DNA from: an uncultured Candidatus Saccharibacteria bacterium
Lineage (GTDB): Bacteria > Patescibacteriota > Minisyncoccia > Phycocordibacterales > UBA9973
Reading direction: 5' to 3'
NCBI GenBank assembly: GCA_964554645.1
Contig: CAZKPK010000001.1
Coordinates: 3,697 to 67,696 of the forward strand
DNA: 64,000 nucleotides
Shown: one piece after another, positions 42,194-53,100 of the stretch
How the letters are laid out: each line of letters opens with the position of its first letter
How positions within the stretch are numbered: position 1 is the first letter of the stretch
Notes under the pieces: model-generated
Seen by the model: only the letters and a program-made list of their open reading frames with translations
Told to the model about the DNA's origin: nothing
Databases searched by the model: none
Translations under genes and position numbers: made by a program

Positions 42194-44149
42194 TTATAGG
42201 AGTAAATAGTCTATCGTCTTTTTCTCCAAATCCACTCCTTGCACTTTTATTTTAATTTTGTCGCCGAGGCGGTATGTTCTGTGTTTTTTTTGTCCAACTA
42301 GTTCCAGTTTCTTTTTATTGAAAATATAAAAGTCGTCTTTCATATCTCGCACTCGCACCAAGCCTTCGCATTTCGTTTCCATTTCCTCAACATATATGCC
42401 CCACTCAGTGATTCCGCTTATAATTCCTTCAAAATTTTTTCCGAGCCGTTTGCTCATATATTCAACCTGCTTATATTTAATGGAAGATCTTTCAGCATCC
42501 GAGGCGCGCTTTTCTTGTTCGGATGAAATAATGGCAGTTCTTTCATATTCTCGCAAATACTCTTTGCCTATTTTTTTGTGAGCTAGATAATTTGCCAAAA
42601 GCCTATGCACCATAATATCCGGATATCTTCTGATTGGTGAGGTGAAGTGGGTATAATATTCAAATGCGAGTCCATAATGCCCGATATTTTTAGTGGAATA
42701 AATTGCTTTGGCCATAGATCGAATTACTGCCCGATGCACGGTATCCGCTTCGTTTTTTCCTTCTAGTTGTTTCAAAAGATTATTTATTTCATTATTGGGA
42801 ATGATTCCATCTCGGAGCGTTATTTTATATCCCAAACTTCGCAAGAAAAATGCCAGGTCAGCCATTTTTTCCTGGCTCGGAAAATCATGAATGCGATAGA
42901 TGGATACACTGTCATCTTTTTTACCCTCGGTTGTCTTTGGGGAAAGTGTCTCGGCCACCTTTTTATTGGCTAAAAGCATAAATTCTTCAACTAGTCTATT
43001 TGAATCACCGCGTTCTTTGGTGATTACTTTTATCGGCGTGCCGTTTTTATCCAGCACAAACTTTACTTCTTCCTGATCGAGCGAGATGGCGCCCTTTCTA
43101 AATCGTTCGGTTGTGAGGAGCTTTGCTAAATTATTTAGAATGAACAATTCTTTGTGAAATGGCGCGTCTGTTTTTTTGATCGATTCTTCTGCTTCTTCGT
43201 AGGTAAATCTTTTTTGAGAATGTATAACTGTGCGGCCAAACCATTCGCTTTTTACTTTGGCATTTTTGTCTATAACAAAAATCGCGCTCATCGTAAGTCT
43301 GTTCTTATTCGGCACTAAACTGCATAAGTCATTTGAAAGTTCTTCCGGGAGCATGGGGATTGTCCTATCTACCAGATAAACCGAAGTGCCGCGCTGTTTT
43401 GCCTCCATATCGATAACACTACCCGCTTTTACATAATGCGAAACGTCTGCGATGTGAACACCTATTTCGTATTTTTCCCTATTTAACTCTTTAAACGAAA
43501 TTGCATCGTCAAAATCTTTCGCATCCGATGGATCAATAGTGAAAGTCAAAGTCTTTCTGAAATCCCTGCGTCCTTCATAATCACTTGCTCTGATATCGTT
43601 TTTCTTTATTGTTTTTGCTTCGTCTTCTACTTTTTTAGGGAACTCCGAATCAAAACCTTTTTCCATTGCGATGGCCTGCATTTCAGTATTATTGTCTCCC
43701 GGTTGCCCTAGAATTTTGATTACTTTTCCCTCCGGCGCTTTACGCGCGTCTTTCCAGGAAACTATTTCTACAAAAACCTTCTGTCCCGCTTTAGCCCCAT
43801 TTAATGATCCCTCGGGTATTAAAATGTCTGTGTACATTTTCGGATCGTCTGGTTTCAAAAAGAATATATTGTTTCTTGACCCGAGCGTAGTCGAGGGTTC
43901 TTTTTCTAAAACCCCAGCAAAGCGCATTTTAGCCCGCGATATTATTTTTAACACTTCGGCTGTTTGGCGCCCCTTACTCTTAGGGTGGAGAAGTATTTCC
44001 ACCGTATCTCCATGCATAGCCGTATTCAAATGCCTTGCGTCAATTTCCGGGTCCTGCGCATCTTTTTTATCTCCAACCGCGACATATCCAGTGCCTTTGG
44101 AAGTAATGGATATAATGCCTTGTAGTCTGTTTATCTGTCTATTTGACAT
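42194..44149 (-). CDS. rnr: ribonuclease R (RNB-family 3'-5' exoribonuclease)
   Basis: cold-shock/OB N-terminus, RNB catalytic motifs (TIDPSDAKDFDDAIS), C-terminal S1 domain. Confidence 0.9.
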   Translation of the reverse strand: MSNRQINRLQGIISITSKGTGYVAVGDKKDAQDPEIDARHLNTAMHGDTVEILLHPKSKGRQTAEVLKIISRAKMRFAGVLEKEPSTTLGSRNNIFFLKPDDPKMYTDILIPEGSLNGAKAGQKVFVEIVSWKDARKAPEGKVIKILGQPGDNNTEMQAIAMEKGFDSEFPKKVEDEAKTIKKNDIRASDYEGRRDFRKTLTFTIDPSDAKDFDDAISFKELNREKYEIGVHIADVSHYVKAGSVIDMEAKQRGTSVYLVDRTIPMLPEELSNDLCSLVPNKNRLTMSAIFVIDKNAKVKSEWFGRTVIHSQKRFTYEEAEESIKKTDAPFHKELFILNNLAKLLTTERFRKGAISLDQEEVKFVLDKNGTPIKVITKERGDSNRLVEEFMLLANKKVAETLSPKTTEGKKDDSVSIYRIHDFPSQEKMADLAFFLRSLGYKITLRDGIIPNNEINNLLKQLEGKNEADTVHRAVIRSMAKAIYSTKNIGHYGLAFEYYTHFTSPIRRYPDIMVHRLLANYLAHKKIGKEYLREYERTAIISSEQEKRASDAERSSIKYKQVEYMSKRLGKNFEGIISGITEWGIYVEEMETKCEGLVRVRDMKDDFYIFNKKKLELVGQKKHRTYRLGDKIKIKVQGVDLEKKTIDYLLL

Positions 44150-44154
44150 ATAAT

Positions 44155-44433
44155 TTATTCTAATAACTTTGGATGCGAGCCTATGTCTACCAAAAGCAAC
44201 ACTAATTCTTTTTCTAAAATTTTATATATTAACAAAACATTCGGATATATATGACATTCGCGCGCGCCTTCCAATTTGCCTTTTAATTTATGGTCTCTAT
44301 ATGCTGGGTCTAGGGGAATTTGTTTCTGAATTAATAATATTATTTTTTCAAGTTTAAAAATAGAAAAACTCTCATGCCTTAAGTATATTTTCAAAGACTT
44401 TTGATATTTCTTTGATTTAATTACCGAGAGCAT
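44155..44433 (-). CDS. YafQ/RelE-family toxin
   Basis: RDHKLKGKLEG.RECHI.PN.LLIY....L.L...GSH pattern. Confidence 0.7.
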   Translation of the reverse strand: MLSVIKSKKYQKSLKIYLRHESFSIFKLEKIILLIQKQIPLDPAYRDHKLKGKLEGARECHIYPNVLLIYKILEKELVLLLVDIGSHPKLLE

Positions 44434-44721
44434 TTATTTCTTGTTTAAAATAGTAGAATGCAATTCTCTAATGCTTTTATAAGATTTTATTTTTTTATTT
44501 TTAAGATCATTCACGGTATTTTCTATTTCTTTGGCAAGCTCGGACTCATATTCATCAGTATATCCATTTATAGTTTTTAGTTCAAAGGGAATGCGCTGTT
44601 GTTCCACACTTTGGTGCAAAAAGAGCTTCACTGCACTCGATATATCGAGTCCCATGCGCGCAAAAGTCTTACGGGCGTCTTCTTTTATCTTTTCGTCAAT
44701 TCGTATATTTAATGTAGTCAT
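44434..44721 (-). CDS. DinJ/RelB-family antitoxin (RHH)
   Basis: MTTLNIRIDEKIKEDARKTFARMGLDISSAVKLFL ribbon-helix-helix N-terminus; trimmed from ORF 44434..44895 to the internal Met that sits 7 nt after a sigma70-like promoter. Confidence 0.65.
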   Translation of the reverse strand: MTTLNIRIDEKIKEDARKTFARMGLDISSAVKLFLHQSVEQQRIPFELKTINGYTDEYESELAKEIENTVNDLKNKKIKSYKSIRELHSTILNKK

Positions 44722-44728
44722 AGAATTT

Positions 44729-44756
44729 AGTATATACATTGTGCGCACAAAGTCAA
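44729..44756 (-). promoter_or_regulatory. sigma70-like promoter of the DinJ/YafQ operon with palindromic operator in the spacer
   Basis: minus strand TTGACT-16 nt-TATACT, 7 nt before ATG; spacer contains perfect palindrome TTGTGCGCACAA (44739-44750). Confidence 0.5.
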
Positions 44757-44892
44757 GTCTTGACAATAGGGTCAAGATATGCGATACTATCAGAGATATG
44801 TTTTTACCTTTGTTGATAGTTATAGCTATCATCATGCTATGCGTGACGATGGCGTGGTTGAAGGACGAGGATAGGTAATTCTCGTCCAAGTT

Positions 44893-44933
44893 CAAAAAGC
44901 TGGCACGTCCAAGGTCGTGCTAGCTTTTTTGTT
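44893..44933. terminator. bidirectional stem-loop terminator-like structure
   Basis: AAGCTGGCACG-tccaaggt-CGTGCTAGCTT hairpin with T-runs on both strands. Confidence 0.45.
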
Positions 44934-44966
44934 TGCAATTTTTCATTTTTATGTTAGACTTACTAA

Positions 44967-45287
44967 ATGTTGAAAATAAGATTACAGAGAATAGGTAGAA
45001 AGAACGATCCGGCGTTTCGGGTAGTTTTAACCGATTCCAAAAACAGCACCAAGAGCGGTAAATTTTTGGAAATACTCGGCACTTATAATCCAAAGGCGAC
45101 AGACAAGAAGTTGAGAGCAAATTTTACCAATGACAGGACAAAATATTGGCTATCCAAAGGGGTAAAACTTTCGGACACAATGCATAACTTTTTAGTTAAC
45201 GACAAAATCATAGAAGGTAAGAAGATAAATGTATTGCCAAAGAAAATGCCAACAGTTAAAAGAAAGGAGTTGAAAATGAAGAAGTAA
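44967..45287 (+). CDS. rpsP: 30S ribosomal protein S16
   Basis: MLKIRLQRIGRKNDPAFRVVLTDS N-terminus. Confidence 0.9.
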   Translation: MLKIRLQRIGRKNDPAFRVVLTDSKNSTKSGKFLEILGTYNPKATDKKLRANFTNDRTKYWLSKGVKLSDTMHNFLVNDKIIEGKKINVLPKKMPTVKRKELKMKK

Positions 45288-45403
45288 TTATATACAATAC
45301 AGATATGGAGCAGTGCATCCGGTCGTAAAACTGCTAAACATTTCCACCTGAGGTGGATTCGCCTTTGGAGGAAAAAATTAAAAGTAATTTACTGAAATAA
45401 CAT

Positions 45404-45745
45404 ATGCAAGACGCTGATAAGATATTTTTGGAATATGTGGTGAAAGCTCTTGTTGACAATCCGAACGATGTGAAGATTGAAAGGACTGTTGATGAGATGG
45501 GCGTGCTTATCTCGCTGACTGTGAATCCGGCCGATATGGGCAAAATTATCGGAAGAATGGGGAACACCGCTAAAGCTATTCGTACTTTGTTGCGAATTAT
45601 CGGTATGAAAAATAACGCCCGGGTGAACTTGAAAATCAACGAACCAGAAGGAAGCACCAGAGGACAAGGGTCCATAACCTCTCCGAGTGTTCCAAGTTCG
45701 CTGAAGACAGTAGATCAGGCAATGGAAGACCTGAAAGGAATTTAA
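45404..45745 (+). CDS. KH-domain RNA-binding protein (YlqC-like)
   Basis: GKIIGRMGNTAKAIRTLL KH GxxG loop; conserved position between rpsP and trmD. Confidence 0.8.
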   Translation: MQDADKIFLEYVVKALVDNPNDVKIERTVDEMGVLISLTVNPADMGKIIGRMGNTAKAIRTLLRIIGMKNNARVNLKINEPEGSTRGQGSITSPSVPSSLKTVDQAMEDLKGI

Positions 45746-45746
45746 T

Positions 45747-45771
45747 TAGGTTCTAGTGACTAGGTTCTAGG
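45747..45771. repeat. CTAG-rich direct repeat (TAGGTTCTAG-tgac-TAGGTTCTAG)
   Basis: starts 2 nt after the KH-gene stop; followed by a terminator. Confidence 0.6.
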
Positions 45772-45774
45772 AAA

Positions 45775-45801
45775 AGGCTCAGAGTAATCTGGGCTTTTTT
45801 G
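45775..45801 (+). terminator. rho-independent terminator
   Basis: AGGCTCAG-agtaat-CTGGGCTT (G-U tolerant) plus T6. Confidence 0.5.
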
Positions 45802-45874
45802 TTTGCTTTTTTCAGCCAGAAGCTATAATCTAGCAAGATAGTGCTTAAAGCACTATCTTGAAGAACTTAATTTT

Positions 45875-46573
45875 ATGCGTTTCCATATAATCACAATTTT
45901 CCCCGAGATATTTGATTCTTATCTTAAAGAGTCGATTATTGGGCGGGCGATCAGAAACAAAATTATTTCAGTAAAGTTTTATAATCCCAGAGATTATGTA
46001 AAAGGAAATAAAAGTAATTACAAACCCGTAGATGGCAAACCTTACGGCGGGGGTGCAGGTATGGTGCTTCAAGCGGAACCGATTTTGCAAGCATTTTTAG
46101 AGGCTGAAAAAAAGGTAAAGAGCAAAAAGAAAAAAGTTGTCATATTTTCAGCCAAGGGGAAATTTTTCAATCAAAAAATTGCATATGATTGGGCGCAAAA
46201 GTATGAAGAAATCATTTTTATTACCGGCCGTTATGAGGGGATTGACGAACGAGTTAAACAGGCGCTCAAAGCGGAAGAAATTTCTGTTGGTCCATATGTG
46301 TTGACTGATGGTGATGTTGCCGCGATGGCCGTTTCTTCTGCCGTAATTCGACTGATACCCGGAGTAATTCGCCTGGAATCTTTAAAGGAAGAGTCCTATT
46401 GGAATTTGCTGTTAAAAAAAGAAAAAGACGGAAAAGTAGGGGAGGATGGTCTAGAATATCCGCACTATACTCGTCCAGAAGTTTTAAAATACAAAGGCAA
46501 AAATTACAAAGTTCCCAAAGTTTTATTGTCCGGGAATCATAAGAAGATAGAGGAATGGAAACAGAGGAAATAA
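45875..46573 (+). CDS. trmD: tRNA (guanine37-N1)-methyltransferase
   Basis: MRFHIITIFPEIF N-terminus, SPOUT-fold motifs. Confidence 0.9.
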   Translation: MRFHIITIFPEIFDSYLKESIIGRAIRNKIISVKFYNPRDYVKGNKSNYKPVDGKPYGGGAGMVLQAEPILQAFLEAEKKVKSKKKKVVIFSAKGKFFNQKIAYDWAQKYEEIIFITGRYEGIDERVKQALKAEEISVGPYVLTDGDVAAMAVSSAVIRLIPGVIRLESLKEESYWNLLLKKEKDGKVGEDGLEYPHYTRPEVLKYKGKNYKVPKVLLSGNHKKIEEWKQRK

Positions 46574-46895
46574 TTCTCAGTATCTGAGCAAGGGGAGTCC
46601 TTACTAAACTTTGTCTACCATCTTGAACATATGTAAAAGATAGTGGATAAATTGGCAAACTACTTTTTCCACATTCCGCATTTGACAAAAAAAGTAAAAT
46701 AGAGTAGGCTGTTTTGGATTCATTGATTGAGTATCGGATGCAATCTTGGTGTTATATTACTAGGGTTTTAACTTAATCATCTAAATAAATTTTAAGAATC
46801 TGCCTGCGCCAGACAGGGCTAAAGAAAAACATTTTTGCCTTGTTTCTCTTGTGTTTTTCTTTCGCTTTTTCTTGTCTTATTTGGATTAAATAGAT

Positions 46896-49800
46896 ATGCA
46901 TCTAGAAACAAAATTTCCGAAAAAATATTTTTCAAGATATAAAAAACCTCTGGTAGAATTTCCAAATTTAATTGAAGCGCAACTTAAATCTTTTAAATGG
47001 CTAATAGAAAGCGGCATTGGCGAAGTGTTCAAAGAATTTTCTCCTATCAGCGATTACTTCGCAAAAAAATTCCAGCTCGAATTTGCATCTTTTTCTCTCG
47101 GCGAGTCAAAAACTGACGAAAATAATTCAAAAATAAATAAACTTTCCTACCAGGGATTGCTTAAGGCTCGGGTAAAACTGACTAATAAAATTTTAGGCAC
47201 TGTGAAAGAGCAGGAAATTTTTTTATCGGAGTTTCCTTTGATGACCTCTCATGGAACTTTCATTATAAACGGCGTGGAGCGTGTGATTGTGCCGCAGCTT
47301 GCTAGAAGCTTCGGAGTTTTTTTTACAGAGTCTGAAAATAAAGGCAATCGATATTTCGGCGCTAAAATTATACCGGCTCGCGGAGTTTGGATCGAAATAG
47401 AATCTGAGTCAGATGGCGGTATTTATGTGAGAATAGACAAAAAGAGAAAATTTTCTGCGACCGCGCTTCTGCGAGTGATGGGTTATGAAACTAGTGAAGC
47501 GATATTGAAAGGTTTTTCTGCCCAAAGCGTTGCGTCCAAAGATGGACAAGGATCAGTTTCAAATTTGGAAACAACAATCAAAGCTTGTTTGGCGAAAGAT
47601 GGAATTAAGAATTTAAATGACTCATATATTGAAATCTACAAGCGTCTAAGAGATGGCGATATGGCAACGGCTGAAAACGCCAAAGAGTTTATTAATTCTT
47701 TATTTACTACTGAAAGATATGACCTTTCTCCGGTTGGTCGTTTTAGGTTTAATCAACGTTTCAACAAACCTATGGATGAAGCGGCGCTGGCCAGGAGAAC
47801 TATTTCTAAAGAAGATCTGGTAACGGTGATTATGAACATTATTGCTCTGAACAATGACCCCGATGCCAAATCTGACGATATAGATCATTTAGGCCAAAGG
47901 CGGGTGAGGTTTGTCGGTGAAATTTTTCAACAGAAAATACGTACCGGCATGATGCAAATCAAGAGGAATATTCAAGATCGAATGTCTATCGTTGATGTTG
48001 ATACCGCGATGCCCATCGCTATTATCAATCAACGCCCGCTTCAGGCTCGAATAAAAGAATTTTTCACCACCAATCAGCTTTCCCAATTTATGGCGCAAGA
48101 AAATGTGCTTTATGAAATAGAACACTTGCGCACTCTCTCGGCTTTGGGACCCGGAGGTCTTACCCGCGAGCGCGCGGGTTTGGAAGTTCGCGATGTGCAT
48201 CCTTCCCATTACGGAAGAGTTTGTCCGATTCACACTCCGGAAGGTCCGAACATCGGTCTTATTTTACACCTTTCCACTTACGCCAAGATAAATGAGTTTG
48301 GCATTATTGAAACTCCATACATAAAAGTCAAAAATGGCAAACTGACCAAAGAGATAGTTTATTTAAATGCGCTGGAGGAAGAAAAATATAATATTGCGCA
48401 TGCCGGAATTTCTTATGATGAAAATGGGAAAATAACGGAAGAAAAAGTAGAGGCTCGGATTAAGACGGAACCGGGCGCAATTTCCCGCGAGGAAGTTGAT
48501 TTTATCGATGTTTCTCCCAATCAGGCTTTTTCCATAGCAACCTCAATGATTCCGTTTTTGGAACACAATAATGCCAATCGGGCATTGATGGGATCTAACA
48601 TGCAGAAGCAGGCTGTGCCTTGCGTGTTGCCCGAGGCGCCTATGGTGGCGACAGGTATTGAAGAATTGGCGGCGCGGGATTCAGGCAGATTAGTTATAGC
48701 GCTGGAGGATGGTGTGGTTTCTTATTTAGACGCAAGAAAAATAATTGTTAAAGGAAAAAATGAACAGACCTATCCTCTCGTTAATTTTATGAGAAATAAT
48801 AACTTTGCTGTATTTCACCAGCGCCCGTTGGTTAATGTCGGAGATAAAGTAAAAAAAGGCGATATCTTGGCGGATACCAGCAGTACCGTCGGCGGACAAA
48901 TTTCTTTGGGACAGAACATCTTTGTAGCCTTTTTGTCTTGGTCTGGATCAACCTATGAGGATGCAATAGTAATTTCAGAGCGTTTAGTTAAAAAAAGTAA
49001 ATTTACAAGCGTTTATGTTGAAGAATTCACTTGCGTAGTTCGCGATACAAAACTTGGACCTGAAATTACCACTCGCGATATACCGAATGTCGGAGAACTC
49101 AAACTCAAAGATCTGGATGAAGATGGTATTGTCCGCATTGGAGCGGAGGTCAGAGAAAATGATATTTTAGTCGGTAAAATTACTCCGAAAGGCGAGACGG
49201 AACTTACTCCGGAAGAACGGCTTTTGCGCTCAATTTTTGCCGAAAAAGCGCGGGATGTGAAAGACACCTCCTTGCGAGTAGAACACGGCAAGCGCGGTCG
49301 CATTATTGGCGTAAAAATTTTTTCCCGCGACTTAGGACATACGCTGGAAGCGGGAATTATCAAAAAAATTGTGATTGAAGTTGCCCAGATCAGAAATATT
49401 TCAGTTGGGGATAAGCTTTCTGGACGGCATGGAAACAAAGGAGTTATTTCAACAATTCTGCCGGAAGAAGATATGCCTTACATGGCGGACGGCACGCCAA
49501 TTGATATCATACTTTCGCCACTCGGTGTTCCTTCTCGTATGAACTTGGGACAAATTTTTGAAATGCATCTCGGGATGGCGGCCAATAGTCTTGGTTACCA
49601 GGCAATTGTTCCGCCATTTTTGGGAGCCAAACACGAAGAAATTAGAGAAGAATTAAAAAAGGCCGGACTGCCAGAGAATGGCAAATTGAAACTTTTTGAT
49701 GGACGCACCGGAGAGGCTTTTGAACAAGATGTTGCCGTTGGTTATATGTATATGTTGAAACTTCACCATATGGTGGAAGACAAGATTCATATGCGTTCAA

Positions 49801-50102
49801 TCGGACCTTACTCCCTCATCACTCAACAGCCTCTTGGTGGAAAAGCTCAAGGCGGAGGGCAGAGATTCGGAGAAATGGAAGTCTGGGCGTTGGAAGGCTA
49901 CGGCGCGGCTTATACTTTGCGCGAGATGCTGACTATTAAGTCTGACGATATTCTCGGCCGATCGGCCACCTTTGATTCTATTATAAAAAATGAAAAAATT
50001 AGACCGCCAAATTCCCCGGCCTCATTTAATGTGCTCTTAAACTATCTGCGAGGGTTGGCGCTGGATGTGAATTTAAGGAAAGACACAAGTAAAGAAGCTT
50101 AA
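46896..50102 (+). CDS. rpoB: DNA-directed RNA polymerase beta subunit
   Basis: full-length conserved rpoB blocks (e.g. GRHGNKGV, MHLGMAANSLGY). Confidence 0.97.
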   Translation: MHLETKFPKKYFSRYKKPLVEFPNLIEAQLKSFKWLIESGIGEVFKEFSPISDYFAKKFQLEFASFSLGESKTDENNSKINKLSYQGLLKARVKLTNKILGTVKEQEIFLSEFPLMTSHGTFIINGVERVIVPQLARSFGVFFTESENKGNRYFGAKIIPARGVWIEIESESDGGIYVRIDKKRKFSATALLRVMGYETSEAILKGFSAQSVASKDGQGSVSNLETTIKACLAKDGIKNLNDSYIEIYKRLRDGDMATAENAKEFINSLFTTERYDLSPVGRFRFNQRFNKPMDEAALARRTISKEDLVTVIMNIIALNNDPDAKSDDIDHLGQRRVRFVGEIFQQKIRTGMMQIKRNIQDRMSIVDVDTAMPIAIINQRPLQARIKEFFTTNQLSQFMAQENVLYEIEHLRTLSALGPGGLTRERAGLEVRDVHPSHYGRVCPIHTPEGPNIGLILHLSTYAKINEFGIIETPYIKVKNGKLTKEIVYLNALEEEKYNIAHAGISYDENGKITEEKVEARIKTEPGAISREEVDFIDVSPNQAFSIATSMIPFLEHNNANRALMGSNMQKQAVPCVLPEAPMVATGIEELAARDSGRLVIALEDGVVSYLDARKIIVKGKNEQTYPLVNFMRNNNFAVFHQRPLVNVGDKVKKGDILADTSSTVGGQISLGQNIFVAFLSWSGSTYEDAIVISERLVKKSKFTSVYVEEFTCVVRDTKLGPEITTRDIPNVGELKLKDLDEDGIVRIGAEVRENDILVGKITPKGETELTPEERLLRSIFAEKARDVKDTSLRVEHGKRGRIIGVKIFSRDLGHTLEAGIIKKIVIEVAQIRNISVGDKLSGRHGNKGVISTILPEEDMPYMADGTPIDIILSPLGVPSRMNLGQIFEMHLGMAANSLGYQAIVPPFLGAKHEEIREELKKAGLPENGKLKLFDGRTGEAFEQDVAVGYMYMLKLHHMVEDKIHMRSIGPYSLITQQPLGGKAQGGGQRFGEMEVWALEGYGAAYTLREMLTIKSDDILGRSATFDSIIKNEKIRPPNSPASFNVLLNYLRGLALDVNLRKDTSKEA

Positions 50103-50119
50103 TTTTATAAAAAACACAT

Positions 50120-53100
50120 ATGAAAACTTTAAACACAACTGAATTTAATTCGATCGCCCTACGGCTTGCGTCTCCGGAACAAATCAAGGAGTGGTCATTC
50201 GGGGAAGTGACGAAGCCCGAGACGATAAATTATCGCACTGGCCGATCCGAACGTGGAGGTCTCTTTGATGAAAAAATATTTGGACCGGAAAAAGATTACG
50301 AATGTTATTGCGGAAAATACCGCCGGATTCGTTATAAAGACATCATTTGCGAGAAATGCGGAGTGGAAGTTACCCGTTCGATAGTGCGCCGAGAGCGAAT
50401 GGGACACATCGAGCTTGGAACTCCCGTCTCGCATATTTGGTTTCTGCGCGGGGTGCCTTCTCGGATGAGCATTCTGCTTAATATATCCGTGACGGATCTG
50501 GAAAAGGTAATATATTTTGCCGGATATATAATTACTAAAGTTCACGAGGATGAGAAAGAAGCTGTTATTGCCAATTTAGATAAGGAATACAAATCTAAAT
50601 TAAAAAATGCGACCGATGATGATACTCGAGAAAAATTGAAAAATCTGCTTTCTATTACCAAGAAAGAAATTGGGGAAATTTATGAAGGGAAAGTTCTGAA
50701 TGAAATTTCTTTTCATCACTATTCTTTGAAATACGGAACTTGTTTTGAGGCCAATATAGGCGCTGAAGCTATTTATTCCATTTTTAAAAATTTAGATTTA
50801 GATAAATTAAAGACCCATACCGAAAAGATGATCGAAAAAGCCAGCGTGGCTGAAAAAGAGAAATTACAGAAAAGGCTTTCTCTTATTCGCGCTATGACCT
50901 ATGCCGGAATTCGTCCGGAATGGATGTTTTTGACCGTTTTTCCAGTTATTCCTCCTGTCTTGCGCCCGATGGTCGCTTTAGATGGAGGTCGGCACGCGAC
51001 TTCCGACTTGAATGATCTTTATCGTCGAGTTATTAATCGAAACAATCGCTTGAAGAAGTTGAAAGAAATCAATGCGCCGGATGTAATTTTGCGAAATGAA
51101 AAAAGAATTATTCAAGAAGCGGTTGATGCGCTGATCGATAATTCAATTGCCAAACAGAATGATTCTGCCGCCATGAGTCAGTCTCAAAAGCGTCCCCTAA
51201 AATCGCTGTCAGACAATTTAAAATCAAAACAAGGTCTTTTCCGCCAAAATTTGCTTGGAAAAAGAGTAGATTATTCAGGACGTTCAGTGATTGTCGTTGG
51301 TCCCGAGCTTAAGCTTAATCAATGCGGATTGCCAAAACACATGGCGCTGGAACTTTTTAGGCCATTTGTAATTTCCAAAATCTTGCAAGCGGAATTGGCG
51401 TTTAATATTCGCGGGGCAAACAAGCTGATAGAAGAACGAGGGGGGGAAGTCTGGGCAATGCTGGAAGAGGTTATTGCCGGAAAATACGTTCTCTTGAACC
51501 GCGCGCCGACCCTCCATCGTTTAGGTATCCAAGCTTTTAATCCGATTTTAATCGAGGGAAATGCTATTCAAGTTCACCCTCTTGTCTGCCAAGCTTTCAA
51601 CGCTGACTTTGATGGAGACCAAATGGCAGTCTATGTTCCTTTGCTTGAAGAAGCGCAATGGGAGGCAAAAGAGTTCATGGCTTCGAACAAGAATTTACTA
51701 AAACCCCAAAATGGCGATCCGATCGTGCATCCGCGCATGGATATGGTGCTTGGAAGTTTTTGGATGACGAAATCAATAGAAGGAGAAGTGGGTGAAGGCA
51801 AGTATTTTTCTAGGCCCAACACCGCCGTCACGGCCTATGATTATGGGATTATTTCTATGCGGGCCAAAATAAAAGTTCTTCCAATGGATAAACCCAAGTA
51901 TAAGAAATTTAATGGAGAAATTTTTGAAACGACCGTCGGCAGAATCATATTCAATAGTATTTTGCCGGATGATTTTCACTATGTAAATGATGAAATGACT
52001 CAAGATAGGTTGTCTTCTCTCTTGGATGAATTGATTATGCACTCGGGAGTTGAAAATATTCCCCATATTTTGGATACAATTAAAGCTTTTGGTTTTAAAT
52101 ATTCTACTATCTCCGGCACCACTTGGGGGTTGGATAATGTTTCTGTGTCTTCCGAGAAACCGAAAATTATAGCCGAAGGCAAGAAACTTGAAAAAGAAAT
52201 AATCTCCCAGTGGCAGGAAGGTCTTTTATCTGAGGAAGAAAAATATCAAAAAGTTATTGAAGTTTGGACGCATATGAAGAAAAATTTGGAAAAAGTTTTA
52301 CCCAAGACGGTTGACAAACACAGTTCCACTTACGATATATTTACTTCTAAAGCCAGAGGCACGATGAGTTCTTTGATGCAGATGACTGGAATGATCGGGC
52401 TGATTCAAAATAACCAAGGCAAAACCCTGGAATTTCCGATTATCCCTTGCTATCAAGAAGGGCTTTCCCCAATTGAATATTTCGTTATTACTCATGGCGC
52501 TCGCAAAGGCGCTTCCGATACCGCGTTAAATACCGCCAAAGCTGGATATCTAACTCGCAGATTGGTTGATGTGGCGCAGGATGTGGTTATCACTGAAGTA
52601 GATTGCGGAACCAAAGAGGGCAGGATAGTTACCAAAGAAAATATTTCTGGAATTGAAATTCCGCTTTCAAAAAATATCCGCGGGCGGGTATTGGCGGGAG
52701 ATCTTAAAAACAAAAATGGCAAGGTAGTTTATAAAAAAGGGTTTTTAGTCACGAAAGAGGAGGCCTACAATATTGAAGGAGCAGGTTTTACGGAAGTATT
52801 TGTCCGTTCTCCTTTAACCTGCCGCACTGTTCATGGTCTGTGTGTCATGTGTTATGGACTTGACTTAGGACGAAATCGTTTAGTGGAGCTTGGCGAAGCG
52901 GTCGGCATTATCGCGGCTCAGGCCATCGGAGAACCGGGAACTCAGCTTACGCTTCGCACCTTTCACGCTGGGGGCGTTGCCGGCACTGATATTACCACCG
53001 GTCTTCCGCGTGTCGAAGAAATATTTGAAAGGAGAATTCCTAAAAATCCGGCCATTATTTCTGAAACCGATGGTGAAGTGATCGAAATAAAAATAAAAGA

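Noticed and set aside
44531-44878. ORF 44531..44878 (+), 115 aa
   Set aside because: It is mostly antisense to the DinJ antitoxin gene and its promoter. Only its last 26 codons (44799-44879) are kept, as a speculative small-peptide candidate.
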